64,000 nucleotides of DNA, from NCBI GenBank assembly GCA_965243025.1, contig CBDETY010000003.1, positions 6,208,001-6,272,000 of the forward strand. The letters are read 5' to 3'. Of the stretch, positions 28,343-36,810 are shown in pieces. A program made the position numbers and the translations under genes. Position 1 is the first letter of the stretch. Every line of letters begins with the position of its first letter. Below the pieces are notes generated by a model. That model saw nothing but the letters and a program-made list of their open reading frames with translations, ran no database searches and was not told the origin of the DNA. Origin of the DNA: Candidatus Latescibacterota bacterium (GTDB taxonomy: Bacteria; Latescibacterota; UBA2968; UBA8231).

Positions 28343-29893
28343 GTGAACGAGATCCGGGAAAAAGCCCTCTCCCTGGCCACCGCCATCGTGCTTGGCCTGC
28401 TGTTATTGTATCAGCACCGGAACTTTTTTCACGACGACGCCTACATCACCCTGCGCTACGTCCAGCAGTTTCTCGGGGGAAACGGAATTGTCTGGAATAC
28501 CGGGGAACGGGTCGAAGGCTATACGAATTTCCTCTTCCTCCTGCTGGTCAGCCTCACCGGGAGCACAGGGTGGGATCTGGTTCTGGCCACGAGGTTGGTC
28601 AACGTCACTGCGCTGGTTCTCACCGCCCTCGCAGTGGCGTGTATCGCTGGACACCGCGGCTGGCTCTTTGGACTGCCAGCTGCCTTCGTCCTGGGCTCGG
28701 CCCCCCTCGTCATCTGGTCCATGGGAGGCATGGAAGCCCCCTTCTTCGGGCTGCTGGGCACAGCCGGCGCAGGCATGTTTCTGCGGGCGCGGGAATCAGG
28801 ATTTGACCTGCGGCCCCTTGGCTTGAGCGCACTCATCCTGGCGCTTGCGGTTCTGGCCCGGCCGGACGGTCTCATCTTCGTGGTGGTGAGCGTGGCCTTT
28901 CTGCTCCATTGCCGGCGGACATGGAAGCAGGTGCTGCTTTTCCTGGGGGTTATCACCCTGGTTCTGGTCCCTTACCTCGTGTGGAAATGGGGATACTACG
29001 GGAGCCTGCTCCCCAACACGTTTTATGCCAAGAGCGCCGGGACCCTGGAAATCGAGCGGATGTGGTACGCCTCCAAGTATCTGGCTAATCATGCGAAAAA
29101 GCCTCCGTTTCTCTTTCTGTGGGTCCTGGTGGCCCTGGGGCATCTGTGGCGCAGGAAGGCATTGAACAGTGGCCATGCATACTTGCTATCCATGGCCGGG
29201 GCGTATATCGCTTACGTGATCTGGGTCGGGGCCGATCACATGCCCGGACACCGGTTTATTGCGCCTGTAATTCCCCTTCTGGCGGCCTTTGTTTTTCGCG
29301 CCATACCCCCGGCCCCGGGTCTTCTGGAGGCATGGAAGCTCTTGGCCCTTCACAGTTTGAGCGCCGTTCTCCTTGCGTTTCAGATCCCTGCGTTGGAGGA
29401 GCGCACGAAAAAGCCCGATCCAGCAGCCTTTGTCGGCCGGATCATAGGCGGTTACATCGCAGAGAACTGGCCTCCCGGCTCCAGCGTGGCACTCAACACC
29501 GCGGGTTCGATCCCGTATTACAGTTCGGGGAACACCTACATTGACATGCTGGGGCTCAACGACCGGCAGATCGCTCGGAGACCTGTCGAGGACCGGGGAC
29601 TGCCCTGGCAGAAAATCCAGGGGCATCGCAAGGGGGATGGAGCCTACGTCCTTTCACGCGAGCCGGACTACATCATTGCAGGTCCTGCCCAGGGCACATC
29701 GATAGATCAGCCCTACTTCCTCTCCGACCTGGAAATGGCTGAAGACCCTCGCTTCGAGAGGATGTACGCCAGGGAGCAGATCCAGATCGATGTCCGCCGG
29801 TTCGCAGGATACCGACACTATCTGGCAACCCGGACCGGGGGTCTGGAATTCACCTACTACAGGCGGCGGGTGAAGGACGCTCCGACGGAATGA
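28343..29893 (+). CDS. GT-C membrane glycosyltransferase (AftB-like)
   Basis: DDAYITLRY..GNGIVWNTGERVEGYTN, GGME, RPDG, LPNTFYAK, AGSIPYY, IDMLGLND. Confidence 0.8.
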   Translation: MNEIREKALSLATAIVLGLLLLYQHRNFFHDDAYITLRYVQQFLGGNGIVWNTGERVEGYTNFLFLLLVSLTGSTGWDLVLATRLVNVTALVLTALAVACIAGHRGWLFGLPAAFVLGSAPLVIWSMGGMEAPFFGLLGTAGAGMFLRARESGFDLRPLGLSALILALAVLARPDGLIFVVVSVAFLLHCRRTWKQVLLFLGVITLVLVPYLVWKWGYYGSLLPNTFYAKSAGTLEIERMWYASKYLANHAKKPPFLFLWVLVALGHLWRRKALNSGHAYLLSMAGAYIAYVIWVGADHMPGHRFIAPVIPLLAAFVFRAIPPAPGLLEAWKLLALHSLSAVLLAFQIPALEERTKKPDPAAFVGRIIGGYIAENWPPGSSVALNTAGSIPYYSSGNTYIDMLGLNDRQIARRPVEDRGLPWQKIQGHRKGDGAYVLSREPDYIIAGPAQGTSIDQPYFLSDLEMAEDPRFERMYAREQIQIDVRRFAGYRHYLATRTGGLEFTYYRRRVKDAPTE

Positions 29894-30140
29894 GGGTGGA
29901 GGCAAATCGCCGGGAAACGCCGGGAACGTGCCAAGGGGGAGGAGGGGAACCCCGGTTTATTTCGGAGTCCACGTATGGCGCCAGGGCCAGCGGCTGCCAT
30001 GGGGTCGCGGACCGCGCCGCTGGTTCCGGGGGGCGGCGGGGTACACACCAGACAACGGTACTGGTGCGACAACAGTAGGGAAAACCGCAATTGAGCAACC
30101 TGTATCAATCGATAAAAAACAACAGGTTGCGTTAGTTTCA

Positions 30141-30217
30141 TGGTGGGCGATACCGGAATCGAACCAGTGACCTCCTGCATGTCAAGCAGGCACTCTAACC
30201 AGCTGAGCTAATCGCCC
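30141..30217 (-). tRNA. tRNA-Val(GAC)
   Basis: GGGCGATTAGCTCAGCTGGTTAGAG..CCTGC-TT-GAC-AT-GCAGG..GTTCGATTCC..TCGCCCACCA. Confidence 0.95.
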
Positions 30218-30225
30218 CTGGTTTC

Positions 30226-30254
30226 AAGCTAGAGCTGCCCGCAGGCATGGTCAA
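30226..30254 (-). promoter_or_regulatory. Putative promoter of tRNA-Val(GAC)
   Basis: TTGACC-N17-TAGCTT ending 8 nt upstream of the tRNA. Confidence 0.65.
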
Positions 30255-30463
30255 GAGCGGGCGGCCCGGATGCATGGAAGCTCCAGGAGGCCGGGACGTC
30301 TCCGTGGCGTTCCTCCTCAATCCCAAAGAGCGCGATAAGACGGCTCATCAGATCCTCCGCGCGCAGGTCATACAGAAGAAGAACGGGTCGGTCCGGAAGG
30401 ATCCGGGAATCCCGTGATCAGATGGCCGCGTATGTGGTGCGCTTCCCTGCACTCCGGGGGGAT

Positions 30464-31612
30464 TCAGAAGTAGCTCATCAGGATTTCCCACAGCGACATG
30501 CGCTGCACCGTCTTTTGCGCTACCAGGTCGACGGCGGCCAGCAGGGTCTCGCCGGTCGTCACCCTGAGAGTGCCGAGGGAGTCCCCCGCCGCGACCGGGG
30601 CGGTTCGCTCGGAGTCGATCTCGACCTCCCTGCGAATGCCTCGGACCTCCTCGTTGCCGAGAACCGCCACAACCGAGTCGGTGGCCACCGCGGCGACTTC
30701 CGGTTCGACGCCCCAATCGAGGGTGACCGCGGCAACGGGGTCTCCGGAACTGACGATCGCCACCCTGGAATAGTGGTTGAACCCCCAGTCGAGGATGCGC
30801 CGGGTCTCGCGGTAGCGGGCTCTCTCGCTCCGGGAACCAAGAACCACCGAGATGAGACGCATTTTGCGGCGCTCCGCCGTGGCCACGAGACAGTAACCGG
30901 CACGCTTGGTGTACCCGGTCTTGAGTCCGTCGAGGCCGCGGAATTTCCCCAGCAGCCTGTTGGTCGCCCGGAGGATGAAGGTCCCGTTGCGGAACGGCTT
31001 CTGGCGGATCGTGGACCACTCCATGATGTCGTCGTAGGCGACAATCTCCCTGCTGACCTTTGCGAGGTCCGCCGCAGTGGTGGTGTTGCCCTTCGTGGGC
31101 GGAGTATTGTCGAGTCCGTGCACATTGACGCAACGCGTCCCCTCCAACCCCAGAACGGCGGCCTTGCTGTTCATCAGGTCGACGAAGCCCTGCTCGGTGC
31201 CGCCGATGTGCTCGGCGACCGCCACGCAGGCGTCGTTGGCGGAGGCGATGACGATCGTCTCCATCAGCTCTCCAAGGGTGAACACCTCCCCTTCCTTGAG
31301 GTACACCTGCGAACCCCCGGTGCGGCTCGCCTCGGCGGAGATGTGGACCGAGTCCGAGAGGGCGACGCGGCCGTCGGCGACAGCCTCCATGACCAGGAGC
31401 TGCAGCAGCAGCTTGAGAGTGCTGGCAGGTGAGCGCGGAGCGCTGCCGTGGTGCTCGAACAGGACCTTGCCGGTTTCGGCCTCGACGAGAATGGCCGAGG
31501 CGAAAGGAGGCCCCCCTTCCCAGCTGGGGGGAACGAGGCCCGGCGCCGGTTGCGGCAGCACAGAGCCGCCCAGGGCGCCGAGCAGACATACTGCAACCAG
31601 GCGTACGGACAT
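30464..31612 (-). CDS. dacA: D-alanyl-D-alanine carboxypeptidase (peptidase S11, PBP5/6)
   Basis: SxxK (PASTLK), SAN and KTG (GLKTGYT) motifs, PBP5_C tail. Confidence 0.9.
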   Translation of the reverse strand: MSVRLVAVCLLGALGGSVLPQPAPGLVPPSWEGGPPFASAILVEAETGKVLFEHHGSAPRSPASTLKLLLQLLVMEAVADGRVALSDSVHISAEASRTGGSQVYLKEGEVFTLGELMETIVIASANDACVAVAEHIGGTEQGFVDLMNSKAAVLGLEGTRCVNVHGLDNTPPTKGNTTTAADLAKVSREIVAYDDIMEWSTIRQKPFRNGTFILRATNRLLGKFRGLDGLKTGYTKRAGYCLVATAERRKMRLISVVLGSRSERARYRETRRILDWGFNHYSRVAIVSSGDPVAAVTLDWGVEPEVAAVATDSVVAVLGNEEVRGIRREVEIDSERTAPVAAGDSLGTLRVTTGETLLAAVDLVAQKTVQRMSLWEILMSYF

Positions 31613-31786
31613 GAATCCTCGAACAGTTGTCGGGGTGAAGCCGGGGGGAGAACCGCTGGGGGAATGAGCCAAAGATAAAAGCGTGGTCCCGGTGAGAAAA
31701 GGCACCGGCGCGGAACCGGTTTCTTGACCGCCGTCAGGCTGGGGTTAGTTTGAGAAAAAATCCCTCGAAAGTAGAAGGTGATTCCG

Positions 31787-32743
31787 ATGCCGGAAGGCTC
31801 CGCACAGCTGCTGACCTACCGGGGTGAGGCCATCGATTCCGCCCTCCTCGGCGAGCTGCATGACGCCTCGAGCGCCCTCGGCGACAGGGAGGCCCTGCGC
31901 AGGGGCATGGCGCGGGACGGCTACCTCTACCTTCCGGGGTTCCTCGACCGGGAGGAGGTCATGGCGGCGAGGATGTCGGTGCTGTCCAGGCTCTCCGCCA
32001 AGGGCCTGATCGACCACTCCCATCCGCTGGAGGAAGGAGTGCTGAAGCCGGGTATCGAGACGAGCTTCTCCCCGGATCTCGCCAGGGACAATCCCGAGCT
32101 GGACGCCGTCGTGTACAGCGGGCGGATGATCGAGTTCTACGAACTCTTTCTCGGCGGCCCGGTGCGTCATTTCGACTATACCTGGTTCCGCGCCAAGAGT
32201 CCGAACGGCGCCAACGCCACCCAGCCACACTGCGACATCGTGTTCATGGGGCGCGGCACCCGGAACCTCTACACCTCCTGGACTCCGCTGCAGGACATCC
32301 CGCACGGCATGGGGGGCCTGATGATTCTCGAGGGCTCGCACCTGCAGAAGGAGATCCTCGACGACTACGCCCGCACGGACGTCGATGCCTACTGCGATGA
32401 AGGGGAGGCGGCCGCCATCGTCGCCCGGGCGCGCGCCGAGAACCGCCAGCTTACCGCCGAGGAGCGGGGGGGAATCCGCTGGGATTCCCGGGGCCATTTC
32501 GCCGACGCCCTGGGGCTGCGGCAACAGCTTGGCGGCCGCTGGCTGACCGCGGAATTCGGCATGGGGGACCTTCTCGTCTTCAGCATGTTCACGATGCACG
32601 CCAGCACCGACAACCACACCCGCCGCATCCGCCTTTCCTCCGACACCCGCTACCAGCTCGCCAGCGAGCCGGTGGACGAGCGCTGGATCGGCGACGATCC
32701 GCCTGCCCACGGGATCCATTCCAAGCGCGGCCTGATCTGCTGA
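31787..32743 (+). CDS. Phytanoyl-CoA dioxygenase (PhyH) family Fe/2OG dioxygenase
   Basis: RDGYLYL, HxD (PHCD), EGSH, GDLLVF..MHAS, RLSSDTRYQ. Confidence 0.85.
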   Translation: MPEGSAQLLTYRGEAIDSALLGELHDASSALGDREALRRGMARDGYLYLPGFLDREEVMAARMSVLSRLSAKGLIDHSHPLEEGVLKPGIETSFSPDLARDNPELDAVVYSGRMIEFYELFLGGPVRHFDYTWFRAKSPNGANATQPHCDIVFMGRGTRNLYTSWTPLQDIPHGMGGLMILEGSHLQKEILDDYARTDVDAYCDEGEAAAIVARARAENRQLTAEERGGIRWDSRGHFADALGLRQQLGGRWLTAEFGMGDLLVFSMFTMHASTDNHTRRIRLSSDTRYQLASEPVDERWIGDDPPAHGIHSKRGLIC

Positions 32744-32914
32744 GGAGCGGTTTCGCGGGGCTGCCGGCGGCGACCACCGCCGACCACCGCCGACCCTGGC
32801 GGGCTCAGCAATCGCCGGCGAGAGGGGCGCGGCACCTGCCCGGGACCACCATCCTTCCCGGGTCGGGAGGGGATGCCCCCGGTTTCAAACTCCACCCGGA
32901 GTCGGGTGGCTGGT

Positions 32915-33502
32915 TCAGTTGAGGGAAGGGTCTTCGGGGATGAACGACATCGGCGCGTACTTGCCGCCCAGGGCGTGCAGGGCCTGTTGCCAGACGCTCT
33001 CCGGCTCTTCGGAAAAGACCAGGTCGATGTTCGCGTCGCTGAGAATCCAGGCGCCCATGGCGATCTCGTTCTCGAGCTGGCCCGGCGCCCAGTCGGCGTA
33101 CCCGAGGTAGAACCGCAGCAGGGGGCTGTCGCTGTCGAGCTCCGGCATGCAGCCGCGCAGGATATCGAGATCCCCCCCTGCGTAGAGGCCGTCGCAGATG
33201 TGGGTTGCGCCGTCTCCGGCCCTGCGCAGGCGGTGCAGGAAGATGAGGGAGTGCGGCTCCTCAGGCCCCCCCTGGTAGAACATCCCGTCCGGTTTGCCGC
33301 CCGATTCGAGTCCGTTGGCGAGGGTTCGCAGCTCCTCTGCGGGGTACATCCGGACCCGCTCTCCGAGCGGACGGTTGACGATGACGCCGAGGGTCTGGTC
33401 GGGCCGGTGCTGGAGGATCAGCACTACCGCGCGGCTGAACCTCGGGTCCTCCAGTCCGAGTGAAGCGATGAGAAAGGTTCCTGCTTTCAGGGGTGCGGGC
33501 AT
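32915..33502 (-). CDS. YqgE/AlgH (DUF179) family protein
   Basis: DPRFSRAVVL, GVIVNRP, YQGGP, GYADWAPGQLENEI, DPSLN. Confidence 0.9.
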   Translation of the reverse strand: MPAPLKAGTFLIASLGLEDPRFSRAVVLILQHRPDQTLGVIVNRPLGERVRMYPAEELRTLANGLESGGKPDGMFYQGGPEEPHSLIFLHRLRRAGDGATHICDGLYAGGDLDILRGCMPELDSDSPLLRFYLGYADWAPGQLENEIAMGAWILSDANIDLVFSEEPESVWQQALHALGGKYAPMSFIPEDPSLN

Positions 33503-33640
33503 GGGGATCAGCGTCGGTGAGGAGTGCCCAAATGATAGGGAGCCGAGGCGGCGGTGCAAACGGCCCGGCCGGTTATCCCGCGCGCCGAAACTCCGGTTGC
33601 GAAACGGGGGCGGCGGGTTCACGCGGAGCCTGGGAAGGAC

Positions 33641-34792
33641 TCAGTAGCGCAGGAACTCCTCTCTCACCTGCGCGAAGGGCCGCCGCTCCCGCTCCCAGGC
33701 TGCGAGCAGATCGGCGACAGGGGTTCCGGCGTCGAGCTCGAGGCGCACCCTGTCGCTGCCTGCGAGCTTGTCGAAGTTGTGGATGCCCCGGGCGGGGAGG
33801 TGCCAGTCGAAGCGGTCGCGGAACATTCTTTTCGCCGTGGCCAGCAGGTGGAAGGCGGCCGTCACCGGGCGCAGGCAGGGGGAGAGGGCGTGCAGCTGCA
33901 CGCCCCCGCAACGCTCTCCGGCGTGCTTGCCGAACGACGGCGTGAAGAACACCGGCCGCCATCGCGCCCCCGGAATCGCCAGCTCGTTCATCGCATCCGC
34001 CAGGGAGAAGCCGTCGACGAACGGCGCCCCGATGAGCTCGAACGGCCGCGTGGTTCCCCGTCCTTCCGAGAGGTTGGTCCCCTCGAAAAAGCAGGTGCCC
34101 GGGTACAGGGACGCGGTCTGCGGAGTCGGCATGTTCGGGGAGGGGGCAACCCACGGCAGCCCGGTATCCTCCCAGGACATCGACCGCTTCCATCCGCTCA
34201 GCTCCACGACCTGCAGCTCGGCGCCGATGCCGTGGACCTCGTTGAAGAGGGTGGCGATCTCCCCGATCGTCAGCCCGTAGCGGACCGGGACGGGGTAGCG
34301 GCCGACGAAGGAGGAGAACGCGGGATCGAGCAGGTTCCCCTCGAGCACCTCGCCGCCGACCGGATTGGGGCGGTCGAGGAGGAGGAACGGCACCCCTCGC
34401 CCGGCGCAGGCTTTCATGGCCGCGCTCATGGTGTACAGGTAGGTGTAGAAGCGCGCACCGACGTCCTGCATGTCGAACAGCAGCACATCGATGCCGTCGA
34501 GCATGGAGTCCCGCAAGGCGCGGGTGGGGCCGTAGAGGCTGATGGCAGGCACACCGGTGCGGCGGTCGACGTCGTCCGCAACGGCGACCCCGTCCTCGGC
34601 GTCGCCGCGGATCCCGTGCTCGGGACCGAACAGGGCCGCCAGCTCTGCGGCCGGCTCGGCGTGCAGGCGGTCCGCGGTCGAGCGCAGCAGGGAGTCGACC
34701 CCGGTGGGGTTGGTGATCAGGCCGACTCGCCGCCCGGCGATCAGCCCGAGGGAGTCGTCGAAAAGACGCTCGTTTCCGAGCCTCACCGCCAT
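33641..34792 (-). CDS. Exo-beta-N-acetylmuramidase NamZ (DUF1343) family
   Basis: VGLITNPTG, FGPEHG, DMQDVGARFYTY, LDRPNP, PSPNMP, SEGRGT. Confidence 0.9.
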   Translation of the reverse strand: MAVRLGNERLFDDSLGLIAGRRVGLITNPTGVDSLLRSTADRLHAEPAAELAALFGPEHGIRGDAEDGVAVADDVDRRTGVPAISLYGPTRALRDSMLDGIDVLLFDMQDVGARFYTYLYTMSAAMKACAGRGVPFLLLDRPNPVGGEVLEGNLLDPAFSSFVGRYPVPVRYGLTIGEIATLFNEVHGIGAELQVVELSGWKRSMSWEDTGLPWVAPSPNMPTPQTASLYPGTCFFEGTNLSEGRGTTRPFELIGAPFVDGFSLADAMNELAIPGARWRPVFFTPSFGKHAGERCGGVQLHALSPCLRPVTAAFHLLATAKRMFRDRFDWHLPARGIHNFDKLAGSDRVRLELDAGTPVADLLAAWERERRPFAQVREEFLRY

Positions 34793-34796
34793 CGCT

Positions 34797-35753
34797 TCAA
34801 CTGTCCCGGGCGTCGGCCCGCTGCACCCGGCGGACGACAAAGGCGATCCCCCCCAGAAGGCTGGCGACGACACCGGCCGCGTACCCGAGAAGGGACATCG
34901 CGAACGCCCGGCTTTCCGGAGCGCCGACGGAGCCGAACAGCTCGACGAAGATGTTCTCCCGCACCCCCAGGCCCCCGATGGAGATGGGCAGGGCTGCGAT
35001 GACCGCGGCGACAGGCTGGAAGGCGACGAAGTAGATCAACCCGGCGTGCAGCCCGGCCGCCAGCCCAGCCGACCAGTACACGAGAACGCGCGCGAACTGG
35101 ACGCCGAGGGAAACGGCCCAGACTCCGAGAAGAAGCCGGCCCTTGTTGCGGTAAACCGCCATGCTCCGCCGCAGGCTGGCCGCCTTGCGGCCGGCGCGTT
35201 CGGGAAGGATGCGGGTTGCCAGGCCCTCGAGCAGACGCCCGGCGCGCCCGCTCAGTCCCATCGCCATCAGCAGGAGAAGGACGGCCCAGACCGGCACGAG
35301 AACCGAAATCACGCCGGGGACCCGGACCTCGGCGACGGCGAAACAGGCGATCAACGCCAGCGTGCAGGTGGAGAGCAGGCCGACGAAGCGGTCCATGAAG
35401 GTCGCCGCCGCGGCGCCGCTGGTGCGCCCGGTGAGCCGGCGTACGTCGTAGATGCGCAGCGCGTCTCCGCCGATGTTGCCGAGCAGGACGTTGTTGAAGA
35501 ACACCCCGGTCAGGTAGAAGACCGTCGCCTGGCGGAAACCTATGGGCAGCCGGTGGGCGCGCAGCAGCAGGTACCACTGGCAGGCTCCCAGCCCGTTGCT
35601 GACCACGAAGAAGGCGACGGCAAGCAGGAACAGCGACGGCACCGTCGCGGCGAAGGCGGCCCCCAGCCCCTCGAGATCGGTCTGGAGGGCGAGGTAGTAG
35701 AGCAGGCCGGCGCTGACCGCCAGCTTGAGAAGGGTGTTGAGCGCCGTCTTCAA
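34797..35753 (-). CDS. Lysylphosphatidylglycerol-synthase TM / flippase-like protein (UPF0104)
   Basis: TTG start overlapping the GT2 stop; FFNNVLLGNIGGD, MDRFVG, LPISIGGLGVRE. Confidence 0.8.
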   Translation of the reverse strand: MKTALNTLLKLAVSAGLLYYLALQTDLEGLGAAFAATVPSLFLLAVAFFVVSNGLGACQWYLLLRAHRLPIGFRQATVFYLTGVFFNNVLLGNIGGDALRIYDVRRLTGRTSGAAAATFMDRFVGLLSTCTLALIACFAVAEVRVPGVISVLVPVWAVLLLLMAMGLSGRAGRLLEGLATRILPERAGRKAASLRRSMAVYRNKGRLLLGVWAVSLGVQFARVLVYWSAGLAAGLHAGLIYFVAFQPVAAVIAALPISIGGLGVRENIFVELFGSVGAPESRAFAMSLLGYAAGVVASLLGGIAFVVRRVQRADARDS

Positions 35754-36790
35754 GAGCCGGGTTCCGCCATGAAGTCGCGGCTCCGGCGCCGGCCGCGCAG
35801 GAAGTACTGCACGAGAATGCTGCCGCCGTACACCCCCCTGCGGTCGGCGTCGGTCCCGGCGGTCGCCAGCCCGCGGCTGCGGCGGCGGCGCTCGAGCAGG
35901 TTGAGGGGATGGGTGAAGCACCAGAGCAGCGCCGCCAGCGGGGCCGCGGCGGCGCGCAGGCGGCCGCGCAGGAGGTAGTTGAGGGCCGCCGCCAGCTCGA
36001 GCAGTACGCGCGCCGGCAGCAGCCAGGTCAGGGAGCGGCAGGGGAGGTTCTTGAACAGCATGACGAGGTTGTTGCGGTGGTTGAGGTAGCTCTTTCGGAA
36101 GCTCGCCGGCGGCAGCGACCACCCGGCGTGGTGGTGGATCACCGAGGAGGGCACGGCGACGAGCCGGTAACCGGCGAGCCGCAGCCGCCAGCACAGGTCG
36201 ATCTCCTCGAAGTGCATGAAGAAATCGAGGTCGAGCAGCCCGACCCGGCGCACCGCTTCGGTGCGCACCAGCATCGCCGACCCGCAGGTCCAGAAAAGGT
36301 TCGCGGGCAGATCGTACTGCCCGTCGTCGGTTTCGACTTCGTCGAGCAGCCGTCCCCGGCAGAAGGTGTACCCCAGGCGGTCGATGTAGCCGCCGGCGCC
36401 GCCGCTGTAATCGAACGAGCCCGCATCCGCGGCGGACAGCAGCTTGGGCTGGCATGCGGCGATCGCTTCGTCGGCCTCCGCGGCCGCGATCAGCGGCTCG
36501 AGCCAGTTGGCCGTCACCTTCGTGTCGTCGTTGAGCAGCACCGAGTACTCGGTCCCGGCCGCTTCGAGGCCGCGGTTGCAGGAGTAGCTGAAACCGCGGT
36601 TGCCCTCGTTGCTGATCACCTCGATACCCGGAAAGCGAGCCCGCGCCTCCTGCAGACTTGGAGCGCCGCCCCCGTCGTCGACAACGATCACCCTGAGGGG
36701 CCGGGCGCTGTGGGCGAACAGGGACTGCAGGCAGTCGGCGAGCACCTCGGCCCGGTAGTGGGGGATTACGATGGTGACCGGTTCGCGCAC
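35750..36790 (-). CDS. GT2 family glycosyltransferase
   Basis: TIVIPHY, VVDDG, GFSYSCNRG, LLNDD, FFMHFEEIDLCWR. Confidence 0.9.
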   Translation of the reverse strand: MREPVTIVIPHYRAEVLADCLQSLFAHSARPLRVIVVDDGGGAPSLQEARARFPGIEVISNEGNRGFSYSCNRGLEAAGTEYSVLLNDDTKVTANWLEPLIAAAEADEAIAACQPKLLSAADAGSFDYSGGAGGYIDRLGYTFCRGRLLDEVETDDGQYDLPANLFWTCGSAMLVRTEAVRRVGLLDLDFFMHFEEIDLCWRLRLAGYRLVAVPSSVIHHHAGWSLPPASFRKSYLNHRNNLVMLFKNLPCRSLTWLLPARVLLELAAALNYLLRGRLRAAAAPLAALLWCFTHPLNLLERRRRSRGLATAGTDADRRGVYGGSILVQYFLRGRRRSRDFMAEPGS

Positions 36791-36810
36791 ACCCGGGCCT
36801 GCCGCGCCGG

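Noticed and set aside
5278-30217. Two similar tRNA-Val genes as attL/attR of a 25-kb island
   Set aside because: Both are complete tRNAs with different anticodons, and the interval holds core genes (dnaG, rho, prfA, recA).
32735-32760. PhyH ending TGC-TGA-GGA as a Cys-Sec-Gly selenoprotein tail
   Set aside because: The read-through is not protein-like, there is no clear bSECIS hairpin, and the domain is already complete at the stop.
32771-32795. CGACCACCGC tandem repeat as a CRISPR array
   Set aside because: Only 2.5 copies of 10 nt, with no spacers and no cas genes.
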